Assembly: GCF_009914755.1 (NCBI RefSeq)
Contig: NC_060926.1
Strand: one strand, 5' to 3'
Length of the DNA stretch: 64,000 nucleotides
Source of the DNA: the human T2T-CHM13v2.0 reference genome, Homo sapiens
A model generated the notes under the pieces. It did no database searches and was not told the origin of the DNA. It was given only the letters and a program-made list of their open reading frames with translations. Shown here in pieces: positions 39,366 to 54,410 of this stretch (position 1 is the first letter of the stretch; every line of letters begins with the position of its first letter). The position numbers were made by a program, and so were the translations under genes.

Positions 39366-39600
39366 TTTTTTTTTTTTTTTGAAACTGAGTCTTGCTCTAT
39401 CACCCAGGCTGGAGTGCAGTGGCGTGATCTCGGCTCACTGCTGCCTCTGCCTCCTGGGTTCAAGTGATTCTCTGCCTCGGCCTCCTGAGTAGCTGGGACT
39501 ACAGGCGCGTGCCACCATGCCTGGCTAGTTTTTTCTATTTTTAGTAGAGATGGGGTTTCACCGTGTTAGCCAGGATGGTCTCAATCTCCTGACCTCGTGA
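39366..39600 (-). mobile_element. 5'-truncated Alu (Sc/Y-like)
   Basis: Poly-T then antisense Alu ending at ..ccgtgttagccaggatggtctcaatctcctgacctcgtga; left-arm 5' end missing. Confidence 0.92.
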
Positions 39601-40399
39601 ATTTTTTAAGTGATATTAAATATCTTATCTTTTACTTTTTTTTTCAGTTCTCTTTGCTTATTGCTGCCAACCTAGTTGGGCAGGAGCATAGCCTGACCTC
39701 ATTCGGTTTTCCCTTGCAGCAGCTGTTCCCTTGGGCTAGTACCGGTTCTTACTTTGTCCTAGTGGTTTTCCTTCCCAAAGTAGATCGTCACGTATATGTA
39801 CATTATCTCCTCTGGGAAGTCTCCCCAACAACAAACCTCTTCCCCATTCCTTACTATTCTATTCTTTCCTGACTGTCCACTCTCTCTTCTCTGTGTATGT
39901 GCCATTTATGCTGAGCCCGGGGCCTAGCACACAATTGCATCTTCACAAATGTCTGTTCACAGATTTGATCATGGGGCATAACCTTCTTAAGGGATGGCAA
40001 ATCATGGTCCAGCTGCTAAGATGTACATATGCTTTGCACAAAAGTGGAGCCCCACTATATTTTCAATTCATTGAGGTTTTAGTTAGTGGGTTCTGGGGTT
40101 TAATTGAATAATGTGTTATATTGCTTTCCAATTTAATGCAATGTGACTTGTTTTTAATGCAGTTTTAGATTGAATTTTGTCTAGTACTCATTTTTTGAGA
40201 AACGTCCATTTCTCCCAAGGTCCCAACACCTAGTGATTTTCAGTTTTGCTAAGGTATCAATGTAGATATCAATAAATCAATTTATTATTCAGAACATGTT
40301 TTTATGTATGTTGAAACAGCGAATGAAGATGGGATACAATGACTTTATTTCTTTATTTATTTTTTATTCCAGCAATAATTCTTGAATTACCTAATATTT

Positions 40400-40517
40400 T
40401 ATAATTTATTTATTCAATTGATAATATTTGTTATACACCTACTTTGTTCTAGGCACTTTACTTGGGGTAAAGCAGTGACAATGGACAGACCAGGACTCTC
40501 CTGGCTGACCATACATT

Positions 40518-40563
<46 letters not shown>

Positions 40564-40920
40564 GAGGGGAGGAGCATGGGAGTAATAAATAAACAAGAGA
40601 AAAAAGCCAGGTGACATAAAAGAAATGATGAGCCTGTGGTAGGGCCACTGATGTGAGAATGGTTGAGGATGATTCTTTAGGAAATACTATTTAAGCTTAG
40701 TGTTGAAGGAATCAAAAGAGCTGAGCTCTGAGGAGCAAGGGGCCGATGTTCCAGGCAGACAGAGCAACAATTGTGAAGGCCCTGGGATGCGAATGAGTTT
40801 GAGCAGGGCTTAAGGGTCAGAACAGAAGTCCAAGTGGCTGTAATTAAGTGACCATAGGAGAGACAGGTGCAGACAAAGATTGGAGCAGTGGGAAGGGCTG
40901 CTTGGCTTTGTTAGCTTGGG
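40400..40920 (-). mobile_element. L2 3' fragment containing (GT)21 at 40521-40562
   Basis: acacctactttgttctaggcact..catacattctag; gttccaggcagacagagcaac..tgtgaaggccctggg. Confidence 0.65.
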
Positions 40921-43900
40921 CTATGTAAGCAGAAGGTCTTGTTCCCTTTTCTGGTGGATTCTGTGGAGGTTACAAAGAAAAGCAAAATATATTTCTTTTT
41001 CCCAAGAGTGTAGTTGGATTAGTAGACTACACAAGTAACTACCATACATGCAGTGTTTGAGAGCAGTCCTTAGATATATCAAGAGTGGTGTGGGAGAAGA
41101 GGAAAGGAATCCTCAAGATTAAGGGGTAATCAGGCACACTTCATTTGGCTTTGATAGTGGGATTTGATCCTATTATGCCTGCAATGTGTCAGACATTGTC
41201 AAACATTCAATGTATAAAGAAGAGTAAGACATGGTCCTGGCCACGTTATTCTGCTGGGGGATATAGGAAGACAAAGATGATGCAGTGTGGTGCATGAACC
41301 CACAGCAATGTGCATGGAAGTAATGTGGCCAGATGTGTTTATGTGTCAAGCAGCATGCACATGATTTCACCCCCATGGGGAGAGGAAGCCAAGGACCTGG
41401 TGGAATATTCGGGTAGAGGAAGGGTTTGAGGAATGTCCAGAAGTGAGAAAATGCTGAGCAGTGGTGGAAGATTAGATGGCTAAGATGGCAGTGTCACACT
41501 CGTGAATTGCTCATGCTGATAGTGTTTGTCCAGTAAAATCAGACTTCCTGTATTGCATTTTATGAATTTGCATACCTGCCTTTTCATTATTCATTATTGC
41601 ATACCTGCCTTTTCAATAATTCAAATAATGAATTATTTCATTATTTCATTTTCATTAATAATGAAATAATTATTTCATTATTAGTTGTGCTGTGCACATG
41701 GTGGGCAATTGGTATGATTTTGTTGAACCGATAAGTAAGACAACATAAGAACTTCACCATCTGCCTCACACTTTCAATGGTTTGTAATTGCCACACTGCC
41801 ATCTGAGTGATTTTTCAATACTTCCCCTCACTAATTAGTTTTGCAGAGCATTGCCAGGTGGCCTGTTCACCTTTCTCAGGACTCTTGAGGGTATCTGAAA
41901 ACCCAGCAATCGTACAACAAAGAATTTGACAGAATGCCATAAAACACGTTTCAGACATTGTATGGGTAGCCCACATAAAGAGATTACAAATCTTTGGGCA
42001 AAATGGATCATCTCAGCCTTGTTGATGTCCCCTGTCTTTTAGGTTTGGACCCCCGGGTTTTCTGGCTCTCACCGGGAGTGCTGGGAAGTGCTGTGTCTGT
42101 GAATCAGTTAGGAACATTCTCTCACTTCTACTTCTAAAGGGCTTTTCTCTGCCGGTTCCAGTTAGATCCCTTGGTCGCTTGGTGAGCTTCATATCCCGCA
42201 GCAAATTCTGTCTGCTCTGCATACTGCATACAGTGACTTGCACAACACCAAGTTGCTCTCAAATGGCCCTTGAAGGGTTGAGAAACTCGGCAATTTTCTT
42301 TGGGAGTTGGTGTCTTGTCTCTCATCTTGCCCTTCTCTTATTTCTTCGTGTCTTCTTTAGAGATTTATCACTGGGCATATATATCCCTATGGACATGGCA
42401 ATATTTTCCAGAGAGCCTGGATAGCTATAAGAAAATACATTTCTAGATTGTTAACTTCCATCTGTATTCGTCCCTAAGATTATTCTGCTCAAGAGTCCCT
42501 CTGTCAGTTCTTCTTCTCCATTCCCCTTTGTCAATTGCTCTTTTTTTACTCTACAGGAAACAGTGGGAAAAGGCAAGCACCGCTCTCAGCTATCTGGAAA
42601 TTGCTCTGACCCAGTGTGTAAAACCTCTTGGGCACTCAACAAAAGGACAGCTCAAGCATGTTTCCTTCCTGAGGACAAAGGCTTTGTTTCTGTGAGGAAG
42701 CATGTCCAGACAAGGCACCATGCCAGAGCAAGGTGGTTAACATCTCAGAATTCTCACTCAGCAGCAAGGAGCTCATAGAAGCCATATGTAGTACCAAGTT
42801 GATTGACTCTAGAAATGAAGTCAGATGTTGTGTCTCAGAAATTTAACCTCTTTGGCTGATAGGTTTGATTGAAAACTGGAGTTTCCCACTAATTGAATGA
42901 ACAAACTCTGCCGATTTCGATCAAAATATATTTAAAGTATTATAAAACATGTAATACATGGGAAACCATATCTTTTGCAGTTATTAGAATTATGTTACAA
43001 ATTTCAGATGTCAACCTAAAAACTCATAAAGACCCCACTGGTTTCACAATTTTTCCGTGGGGTAAATGAACCAAACAGTTCTTGCTGTTCAGTCTCCAGT
43101 CCCCACTTGTCCATGCTCTCTCTTTTTAGATTTCCTCTTTCAGTCTCAGCAGCAGTTCCTCAAAACTTGTACATGAGATAGAAATAACATTATGTTTAGA
43201 AAAGATTTGAGTACTTAGAATATCACAGTGGACTTTTTCATGTGAAATATGATACATTTATACGTTCTTTACACAAAGGAATAAAGTTGATTCCAAGGCT
43301 CTTTTTAATATCCTGACGTGATCTACTTTTGCAAACATTATACTTAAGGTATTCAGTTTGCATTTTTGAGGAATCAAAGCCTTAGGGACTTAAGTGGCTG
43401 CACAGTCTAGTAGATTATTAATGAGCTTACAGCTAAGTAGAAAGATAATTAAGAATTTATTCAGAGAAAGACCTAATTCAGGGCTGCAGTCTAGGAGATG
43501 GGGGCTCGTATTCAGCCCCTAAGTCATGAACAAGAGGCTCCTTGACAACAAGTTCCTTCTGGATGAAAGCAAATCAGAGTCAAGTCAGTTGTCAGAAATA
43601 TTCTAGCCTAAAGGGAAAGTTATTTTAAAAGTATGTCTTATTTATTACCTAAGTGTCAAAGGAAAGTTGTGGCATAACCTGGGGATTAATTCAGTCATAC
43701 GCTTGAGATGAAACATAGCCCCCAGGAATATTTCCGTGTGCTGAGATCTATCAAAGCCTTGGCACTAATGGGTATACCTTCCCCTCTGGTCAGCAACATG
43801 ACAAATAAACTCTTGATATCAGAAGACTTGCTGAGATAGGACAGGCATGGTATAATTACATATTTTCTCTTTCTTTGAACTTTGGAACTAGAAGTGCACA

Positions 43901-44332
43901 AAGGAAAGTTATCTTAAGTGAAAAAAGTAGCTTGCCAAGCAGGACAGAGACAAGTGAATAGCATATGAGTGGACTATACCTTTGCCCAGCTGGAAGTCTT
44001 TGTGGCATGATGTAAAATGGGACTGCTGAGGATTTTGCAATGTGCTCAGAGAAGCAAAGATGCAAGAATGGCCTAGGAAGTGAAGAAGAGATTTACAAAG
44101 TGAGAGACAGAGGGAGAGAGAAAGAGGGTGGCTGATTTAGAATGACAAAAAATATTAGTACAAATATGTCTAGGGGAGGAATGCAAATGTGACTGAAAAA
44201 TATGAAGAGGATTAGACATTAGAAGACCATACAGATTTTGCTAAAGCAGGTGGTAAGCTATTTGAAATAGAGTGGTAGAACAGAGTCACCATGAGATACA
44301 GAATAGCCCTGGGGTGACAGTGTCGCTCAGTG

Positions 44333-44649
44333 CAGGGGTCAGCAAACTACATGGTCATGGGTCATTCTGCCTGACTGCCTGTTTTTGAATGGTCCAGGAG
44401 CTAGAAATATTTTTTACATTTTTAGAATGGCTAAGAAATATCAAAAGAAAAATATTTCATGACATGTAAAATAATATACATTTCAAATTTCAGAGTCCAT
44501 AACTAAAGTTTAACCTGGAACACAGTCCTGTTTATTTGTGTGTGCATAATCTATAAATGCTATGTGTGCAGTGTTAAGTAGTTATAATGGGGCCATAGGA
44601 CCTGTGAAACCTAAAATATTTATTATAGGAAAAAATTTCCAACTCCTTG
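44333..44649. mobile_element. MER58B-like hAT-Charlie element
   Basis: caggggtcagcaaactac ... aaaatttccaactccttg terminal inverted repeats; tttcatgacatgtaaaata..ttcaaatttcagagtccataa. Confidence 0.82.
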
Positions 44650-46306
44650 TCTGGAAACATTATGTTAAGCTTTCGGCCAGATATACATTTTGATTCTTTT
44701 ACTTTTCCCCTATCACCTGGATTAGCTAGACTCCCTTGGTTTTGGTTTTATCACCTGTAAACTGGACAATAGATAAGTAGTATATTTTGGTGAATCTATG
44801 GTGATGACTGAAAACAGTAAAAATATATGCATTAACTTGGCAGTAATTCTTAAAAGTTACCATTGGACACAAACCACTTATCACCTTTTTACCTAAATTT
44901 AATTATTTTCCTTTTCTATGGATTCCAACAGCTGTCCTTTTATCCAGGAATTATAAATTATTGAAAAGTCCACAACTCTTATATAATAAACATCTCCTTC
45001 TGAAGTTAACACATCACATTGACTTAAAAATTATTTCAAAAAACAAAAAGCATCAAAAGAAAATAAAAAAATTTAAAAAGCTCTCTTCTCTATCTAAACA
45101 TAAGAATAAATTACTTTTTCTTCCTCTTTACCACCTATCTTCTATATTTGTAATCTCTATTTTTTTACTGTCTATTCCCTCTTCACTTTTATCTATCTTG
45201 TGAAGTCCTAATTGGTAGGTTAACATTGACTCCCAAATCACTAAATCTTACGGACAATGTTTAGTCTTCATCAATCTTGACATCTTACAAGCAGTTGGTC
45301 TTGTTGACCATTCCTTCATATGAATCCTCTGCGCTTGGACCCAACTCTGCCCTGCCTTGTTTTTCACTGACATCTCTTCTCCCTCTCTTACTGGCCATTA
45401 AATATTATACATCCTAAAGACTCCTCCCATCCTCCCCTCTTCCCTGTCAGTAACACTTATAAATTTGGCCATATACATAAAACGCAGACCTCATACACCA
45501 AACCTCTTTTCCATTGACTGCCTCCCTGACATCTCTTCAATGTCTTCATGCTCGTTTAAACTCAACCTCACTTGAACAGCACAAGATGAAAACAATTTAC
45601 AAGTGTGAAGCTCCTAAAACGTGAGTTTGTGTCATTTGTGTTTGAGGACAAAAGAACCAGGGCCCGCATGGTGTTTTAGAGTGAAAACGATGTTGTCATT
45701 TAGGCTTCTGGGCACATATCGATGGCTCTATCTTTTTGATTTCGTGTAGCCTGTCAGATGTACTACACTATTTGTAACAGTGTTGTCCCATTCTCTGGTC
45801 AAGGGTTGTGCAGCAAATTTGATGCATGAGAAAAAGCTTGGGAAAGTCAAGAGTGTTTAATCACATGAAGGAATGATTGAGGGAGGCAATATTTAAGACA
45901 CTGGAGAAGAGGAGAGCATTTTCTTTAAAGCATAAATACTCAGCCATCACTCTTCCTATTCCTCTGGTCCTGTAGTCTAGATATACACTTTGTTTCCTTG
46001 AAAATAAATTTTCTTTTAGGACTTTAATCTGTAGAAAATTTGTTGTTAACTTAAATAAGAACTGACTCATTTCCTAAGGTTTTGTAATCTGATTCAAATG
46101 TGGTAGATGGAAGATTTTGTCTTGTGAAGAATGTATCAGGATACACCAATTTGGATTTGGACTGGAAACTCTTTTTGTAATTATCAAAAGAACTGACTAA
46201 CAATTATGCATCCATGGGGCATGGGTGTATCCAGCATCTAGAAGCTGGATACAGAAATGTCACTGCAAACCTGGAATAAAAATACTTTTTTCCATATTTA
46301 GAGAAA

Positions 46307-46745
46307 CTTTGCTCCTGAATGGCTACTGGGTAAATAACGAAAGTAAGACAGAAATAAGTAAGTGCTTTGAAACCAATGAGAACAAAGACACAACATACCA
46401 GGATCTCTGGGACACAGCTAAAGCAGTGTTTACAGGGAAATTTATAGCACTAAATGCCCACAGGAGAAAGCAGGAAAGATCTAAAATCAACACCCTAACA
46501 TCACAATTAAAAGAACTAGAGAAGCAAGAGCAAACAAATTCAAAAGCTAGCAGAAGACAAGAAATAACTAATTTCTTGTTATTTCTGTTAGAGCAGAACT
46601 GAAAGAGATAGAGAAACACACACAAAAAAACCCTTCAAAAAATCAGTGAATCTGGGAGCTGGGTTTTTGAAAAGATTAACAAAATAGATAGACTGCTGGC
46701 CAGATTAATAAAGAAGAAACGAGAGAAGAATCAAATAGAAACAAC
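46307..46745 (+). mobile_element. Isolated internal L1PA (PA6-8-like) ORF2 fragment
   Basis: ORF 46225..46602 '[87 protein letters not shown]' = L1 ORF2 just after EN; no 3'UTR or poly-A. Confidence 0.92.
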
Positions 46746-49520
<2,775 letters not shown>

Positions 49521-49989
49521 TTTCGTCGTAGTAAAAATAAAATAATGTTCTACTACCTAGAGCATGGCACATCAAAGCAGCTGTCTTCTGCACTAATTTT
49601 TGATGCAATATTTATTATAATAAAAGTTCGCATGCATGTGTGTGTCTGTTTTAGGTTGGTTACTTTCATCTTTATTTTTTCCATTTTGGTGCCAAAAAAG
49701 TTTGTTTAAATTACCATGGCCTAGAAGTATGTCTGAGTAGTTGGTAAGGTAACTTTAGTGAGATTGCACTCACTATTTATGTCTAATTATTCCATATATA
49801 TTTCATAAAAGAATTTCTCAAATCTACAATATATTCATTGGGGATTTTATTGGAAGGACATTAAATTATAGATTAAGTTGATATAGAACTGACGTCTTTA
49901 TAACATTAAACCCTCTTACACACAAACACAGTATAATCTCTCTGGTTATAGGTTTTTGTATATGTGCATAGATTTTAAAAGTTTCTTTA

Positions 49990-50339
<350 letters not shown>

Positions 50340-51689
50340 TTATCCTCTTTCTCTTGTTGGTAGGTTAATTCCTTTATACTATAGTGATTATCTTATTGTT
50401 GATATTGAATATAGTATTCTATTATAATTTTCCTTTTTCATTATGGTTATTGAGAAACACTTCAGAATTTTATAGGTTATTTTGTTACCTAGCAATCTTG
50501 CTGAATTTTTAAATTAGCTCTAATATCTTGTCAACATGACTATATAATCTGCATATACAGTAATTTTATTTCTTTTCTTTCAATTTCTATAATTTTATTC
50601 TCTCTTGTTAAAGACATTCTTATTTTACTACTTACTTTAAATGAAATGATTCTTCAGTTTCTGCATTACGTGTGATGTTTGCTATAAGGTTTTCGTAAAT
50701 AGCATTTATCAGGTTAAGGAGATTCCCTTCTATTTCTACTTATCTTTAGATAGTTTAAATTTGGGAATATGTCTTGAAGTTATTAAATGTCATTTTGACC
50801 TCTGTGATGTGATTTTGTGTTTTTCTACTTTAACCTGTTAATTTCATGACATAAAATGATTGATAAGAATGTAACAATTTATTTGATTCTGCGTTCCTGA
50901 GAAAAATCTACATGAAATTACATTTTGCTTCATATACTCATGGTTTGCATCAACTAAAATATAATTTAAAATTTTTGCATCTATGCTCAAAAGAAAAATT
51001 AGTCTGTATTTTTTATCTTTGCATTTTATTATCTCATCTAAGTGTTAAGCATTATTAATATCATTTAAAAAGCTGAGAATTTTCATTGTTTTTCTAGTTT
51101 GGGAACAACTCATTTATGAGTGTGACTTTGTTTTTTGAAGTATGGGAAAATCTACTTGTAAGCCATTTAGACCCGGAAATTTTAGAGGTAGCGTGGTTGT
51201 GGAGGATTGTTGATGATCACTTCATGTTTTTATGGCTTTTATTAACTTAGTTTTTAAATCCATTCTCTATTCCTTTTTGTGACAATTCTGGCAGTCTCTT
51301 ATTCCTAATTTATTCCATATTTATTCCTGTTAAATGCATTTTTGGGTTGTGGCTTATTTTTTTTCCAAAATGTTCTATTATTTTAAGATTGCTTCTATAT
51401 TTGTGTTTAGTTTTCTCTGTCTCTCTCTCTTTCTGGCTTTTGCTTTTTTGCTTTTTAGTAACTCTTCTCTCTGTTGTTACTGCTTTTTATGCTTACTTGT
51501 TTTTAAATGATCTGTGCTTTCAGAGGTTTATCTTATTAAATGTACTGATCATTTGTATTGTTTTGTTGTTTTCTAATTCGTGGATTTGTGATATATTTCT
51601 TGATCTCTTTTCTAATTTCTTTAAATTTATGTTTATGGTTTATTTACTTCGTTAATGCAAACACTCAAGCTCATTTATTTTGTATCTTT

Positions 51690-51828
51690 TTTTCTTTCTC
51701 TCTATCTTTCTCTCCCTCCCTCCCGTCCCTCTCTCCCTGCCTCCTTCCCTCCCTCCCTCCCTCCCTTCCTTCCTTCCTTCCTTCCTTCCTTCCTTCCTTC
51801 CTTCCTTCCTTCCTTCCTTCCTTCCTTT
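51690..51828. repeat. (CCCT)n(CCTT)n polypyrimidine tract (tail of antisense AluJ)
   Basis: Direct inspection. Confidence 0.95.
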
Positions 51829-52094
51829 TTGTGAGATAGGATCTCACTCTGTTGCCCAGACTGGAGTGAAATGGTGAGATCATGGCTCACTGTAGCCTCC
51901 ACCTCCTGGGCTCAAGCAATCCACATGACTTAGACTATAGGCATGTGCCACAACACTGGCTAATTTTTTATTTTTTGTAGAGATAGGGTCTCTCTATATT
52001 GCACAGGCTGTTAGCAAACTCCTGGGCTAAAACAATCCTTCTGCCTCTGCCTACCAAAGTGTTGGGATTTCAAGTGCTAGTCACTGCACCCAGG
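51829..52094 (-). mobile_element. AluJ with internal deletion
   Basis: gatcatggctcactgtagcctcc..ctgggctcaagcaatcc; tttttgtagagatagggtctc (J-type features). Confidence 0.88.
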
Positions 52095-53989
52095 ATTTAT
52101 TTTTTTTAAATAAACACATTTAGAATCACTGTTTTTCCCACTAAATAAACATTCTGATATTTTGAAATTTAACTATCTTGCATGAAGAACTTAATACTCT
52201 CAAGATTTCACCTTCAACCCATTGGTTAGATGAAAGTATGATTTTAAATTTTCCAAACTTGAAAATGGTTTTTGTTATCTATTTGACACTGATTTTCAGG
52301 TTAATTGGATTGTTGTCAGAAAAAAAAGTTTGTGCATTAAAATGTATTGAGATTTCCTGTATGAATTATTTCACTATTTTACATGCTTTTGAGAGAAATA
52401 CAGAGTCTTAATGAATAGCACAAGAACTGTAAAATGTATCCACTAGATTATACTTGATAAGCATGCTGCTCAAATCTATAAACTAGCATAATTTTGAGAA
52501 TAGCGTGTTTTGGGATGTGTGTATGTGAATATGTTTACATGTGTGTGTAAAAATTCCAACTACATTTGTAGCTTATGTGTTTTCCTTATTTTGTTGTTTG
52601 ATATATTACATAGTTTAAGGCTACATAATTATGTAATATAAGGTTATGAATATTGTATCTGCTTGGTATCATTTTTTCCTTAAGTCACTATGCACTATTT
52701 TTTGTCATATTTTAATATTTATTTGAATACTATTTTGTCATAATAAACTGACTAGCTTGTATTATTTTAACATTTGTTAATTATATTTTTCCCATCTCTT
52801 TGTTTTCAATCTTGCCATATTTTCTTCATCTTTTAAATATATATTATTAGTTCTATTTTATTAAAACTAATAAATGTGTCTTTTACTTGGTTAATCTATC
52901 TATATGTGTATATCATAAAAACAGATAAAAGTGAACTTATTTCTGCCACTTTTTCTCTTATTTTATAATTAGTATGCTTTCTCTTTGCTTTGTTTTATTT
53001 CTTTTTCCGACTATTGTTAGGTAGATTTATTTTCTTTCTTTTTCTTTTTCTACCTATTTCTATTTCTAGCTATAAATTGTGCCTAATTTATTAAGGCATG
53101 TATGTATACACATTTTGCCCAGTTATTGAAGGTTATTAATACTATATACTCTCCTAGGGGAAAAGCAATAGTTTTATAATGCTTTGCCACTCTCTTATCG
53201 TTACCTCCCCAAACCATCAATTTAAATGACAGTTTTGCCTGAAGTTTTAATCTCAAATTGTTGCAGATATTCATGATGAGGTTATATTTTTCCTGTAGTC
53301 AGAAATATACCTTGCATTTGTACTTTGTGGGTTCTAAGACACATTTAAAAATAACACTTTAACTTTTAAATAAGTATCCCTCAGAATATAAATGTGGGAA
53401 GAGAGCATGTTGTCATAGTTTGATCTTTTTTTTTTCTTGGTGGCACAAAATGGTGCATCACTCAATATCATCTGTTGTTAAATTAAAATGGTAATTTCTT
53501 TCCCTGTTTTTGATTCTCCTTCTTCTTGTCTTCTCATGGAATCATTTATTACATTACTGTAACTCTTCTCCCAAAAGTTCTATCAGAGAAAGTCTCTGTA
53601 TTATGCATTTTCTGGGACCTTGCATGACTTTGCAGGGGATGTCTCAAGTCTCCTAAAAAGCTTGGCACTCTTCGAACTCTCACTAAAAAAAATTAGAGAG
53701 TGCCAAGCTTATTTTAAGAAAATTGAAATCTAATATCTTTTAAAAACACAAATATTAACTTAAAAAATATATTATTATTCATTTGTCACTAATTCTTCTC
53801 TTTAGACAGTTTGACACTTTTGCTTTTACATTTTTCTTAGCTTTATTTTTTAATACTTTTCATTCTTTATTTCCTCATGCTGCTTTTGGAAAGATATTCT
53901 TAATCCTACTTTTAAGCTCACTAATTTTCGTTTTGAACCCATCTGTTCTATAATTCAACTTATTATTATCAGTTTGAGCACTTTTTTTC

Positions 53990-54410
53990 AAGCATAAAAT
54001 AAACAAATTTTATCTTAAAGATGAGAACTTAATGGCTTGTGCAACCAAAATGTAACAGTCTTCAGCTGTAGTATCAGCAGGGCTCAGATCTGATCTTCAT
54101 GTGTAGACTTTATGCTCAGGCTGACTTCAATCATGGTAGAGAAATGGTTTTAGGCTTCATACCACATCACCCAGAGAAAGTGAGAAGCATCTATGTCCCA
54201 CAAGTCCCTGGAGGAATCTGACAGTCACATTGATTTGACCACTTTAGATTACATGCCAATGCACAAATCAGTCACTGTAGCAAGGGAGACAACACATATT
54301 TGTTAGCTATCCAAGGCCATGTTCTTTGAAAACCACACATAAGCCAGTAGGAATCATGGGCCACTGGGCATGGGAGACATTGTGTGCTAGAGAGGCAGCT
54401 AATTGGTGTT
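53990..54410 (-). mobile_element. Old MLT1 (K/L-like) LTR remnant
   Basis: tgatttgacc..ttagattacatgcc..aatcagtcactgtagcaaggg motif. Confidence 0.5.

Noticed and set aside
46225-46602. 125-aa ORF with clear protein homology
   Set aside because: L1 ORF2 fragment; no evidence of domestication and it is disrupted by an insertion
51558-51902. ORFs with KEGR/PSFL repeats
   Set aside because: Translation of the (CCTT)n tract and Alu
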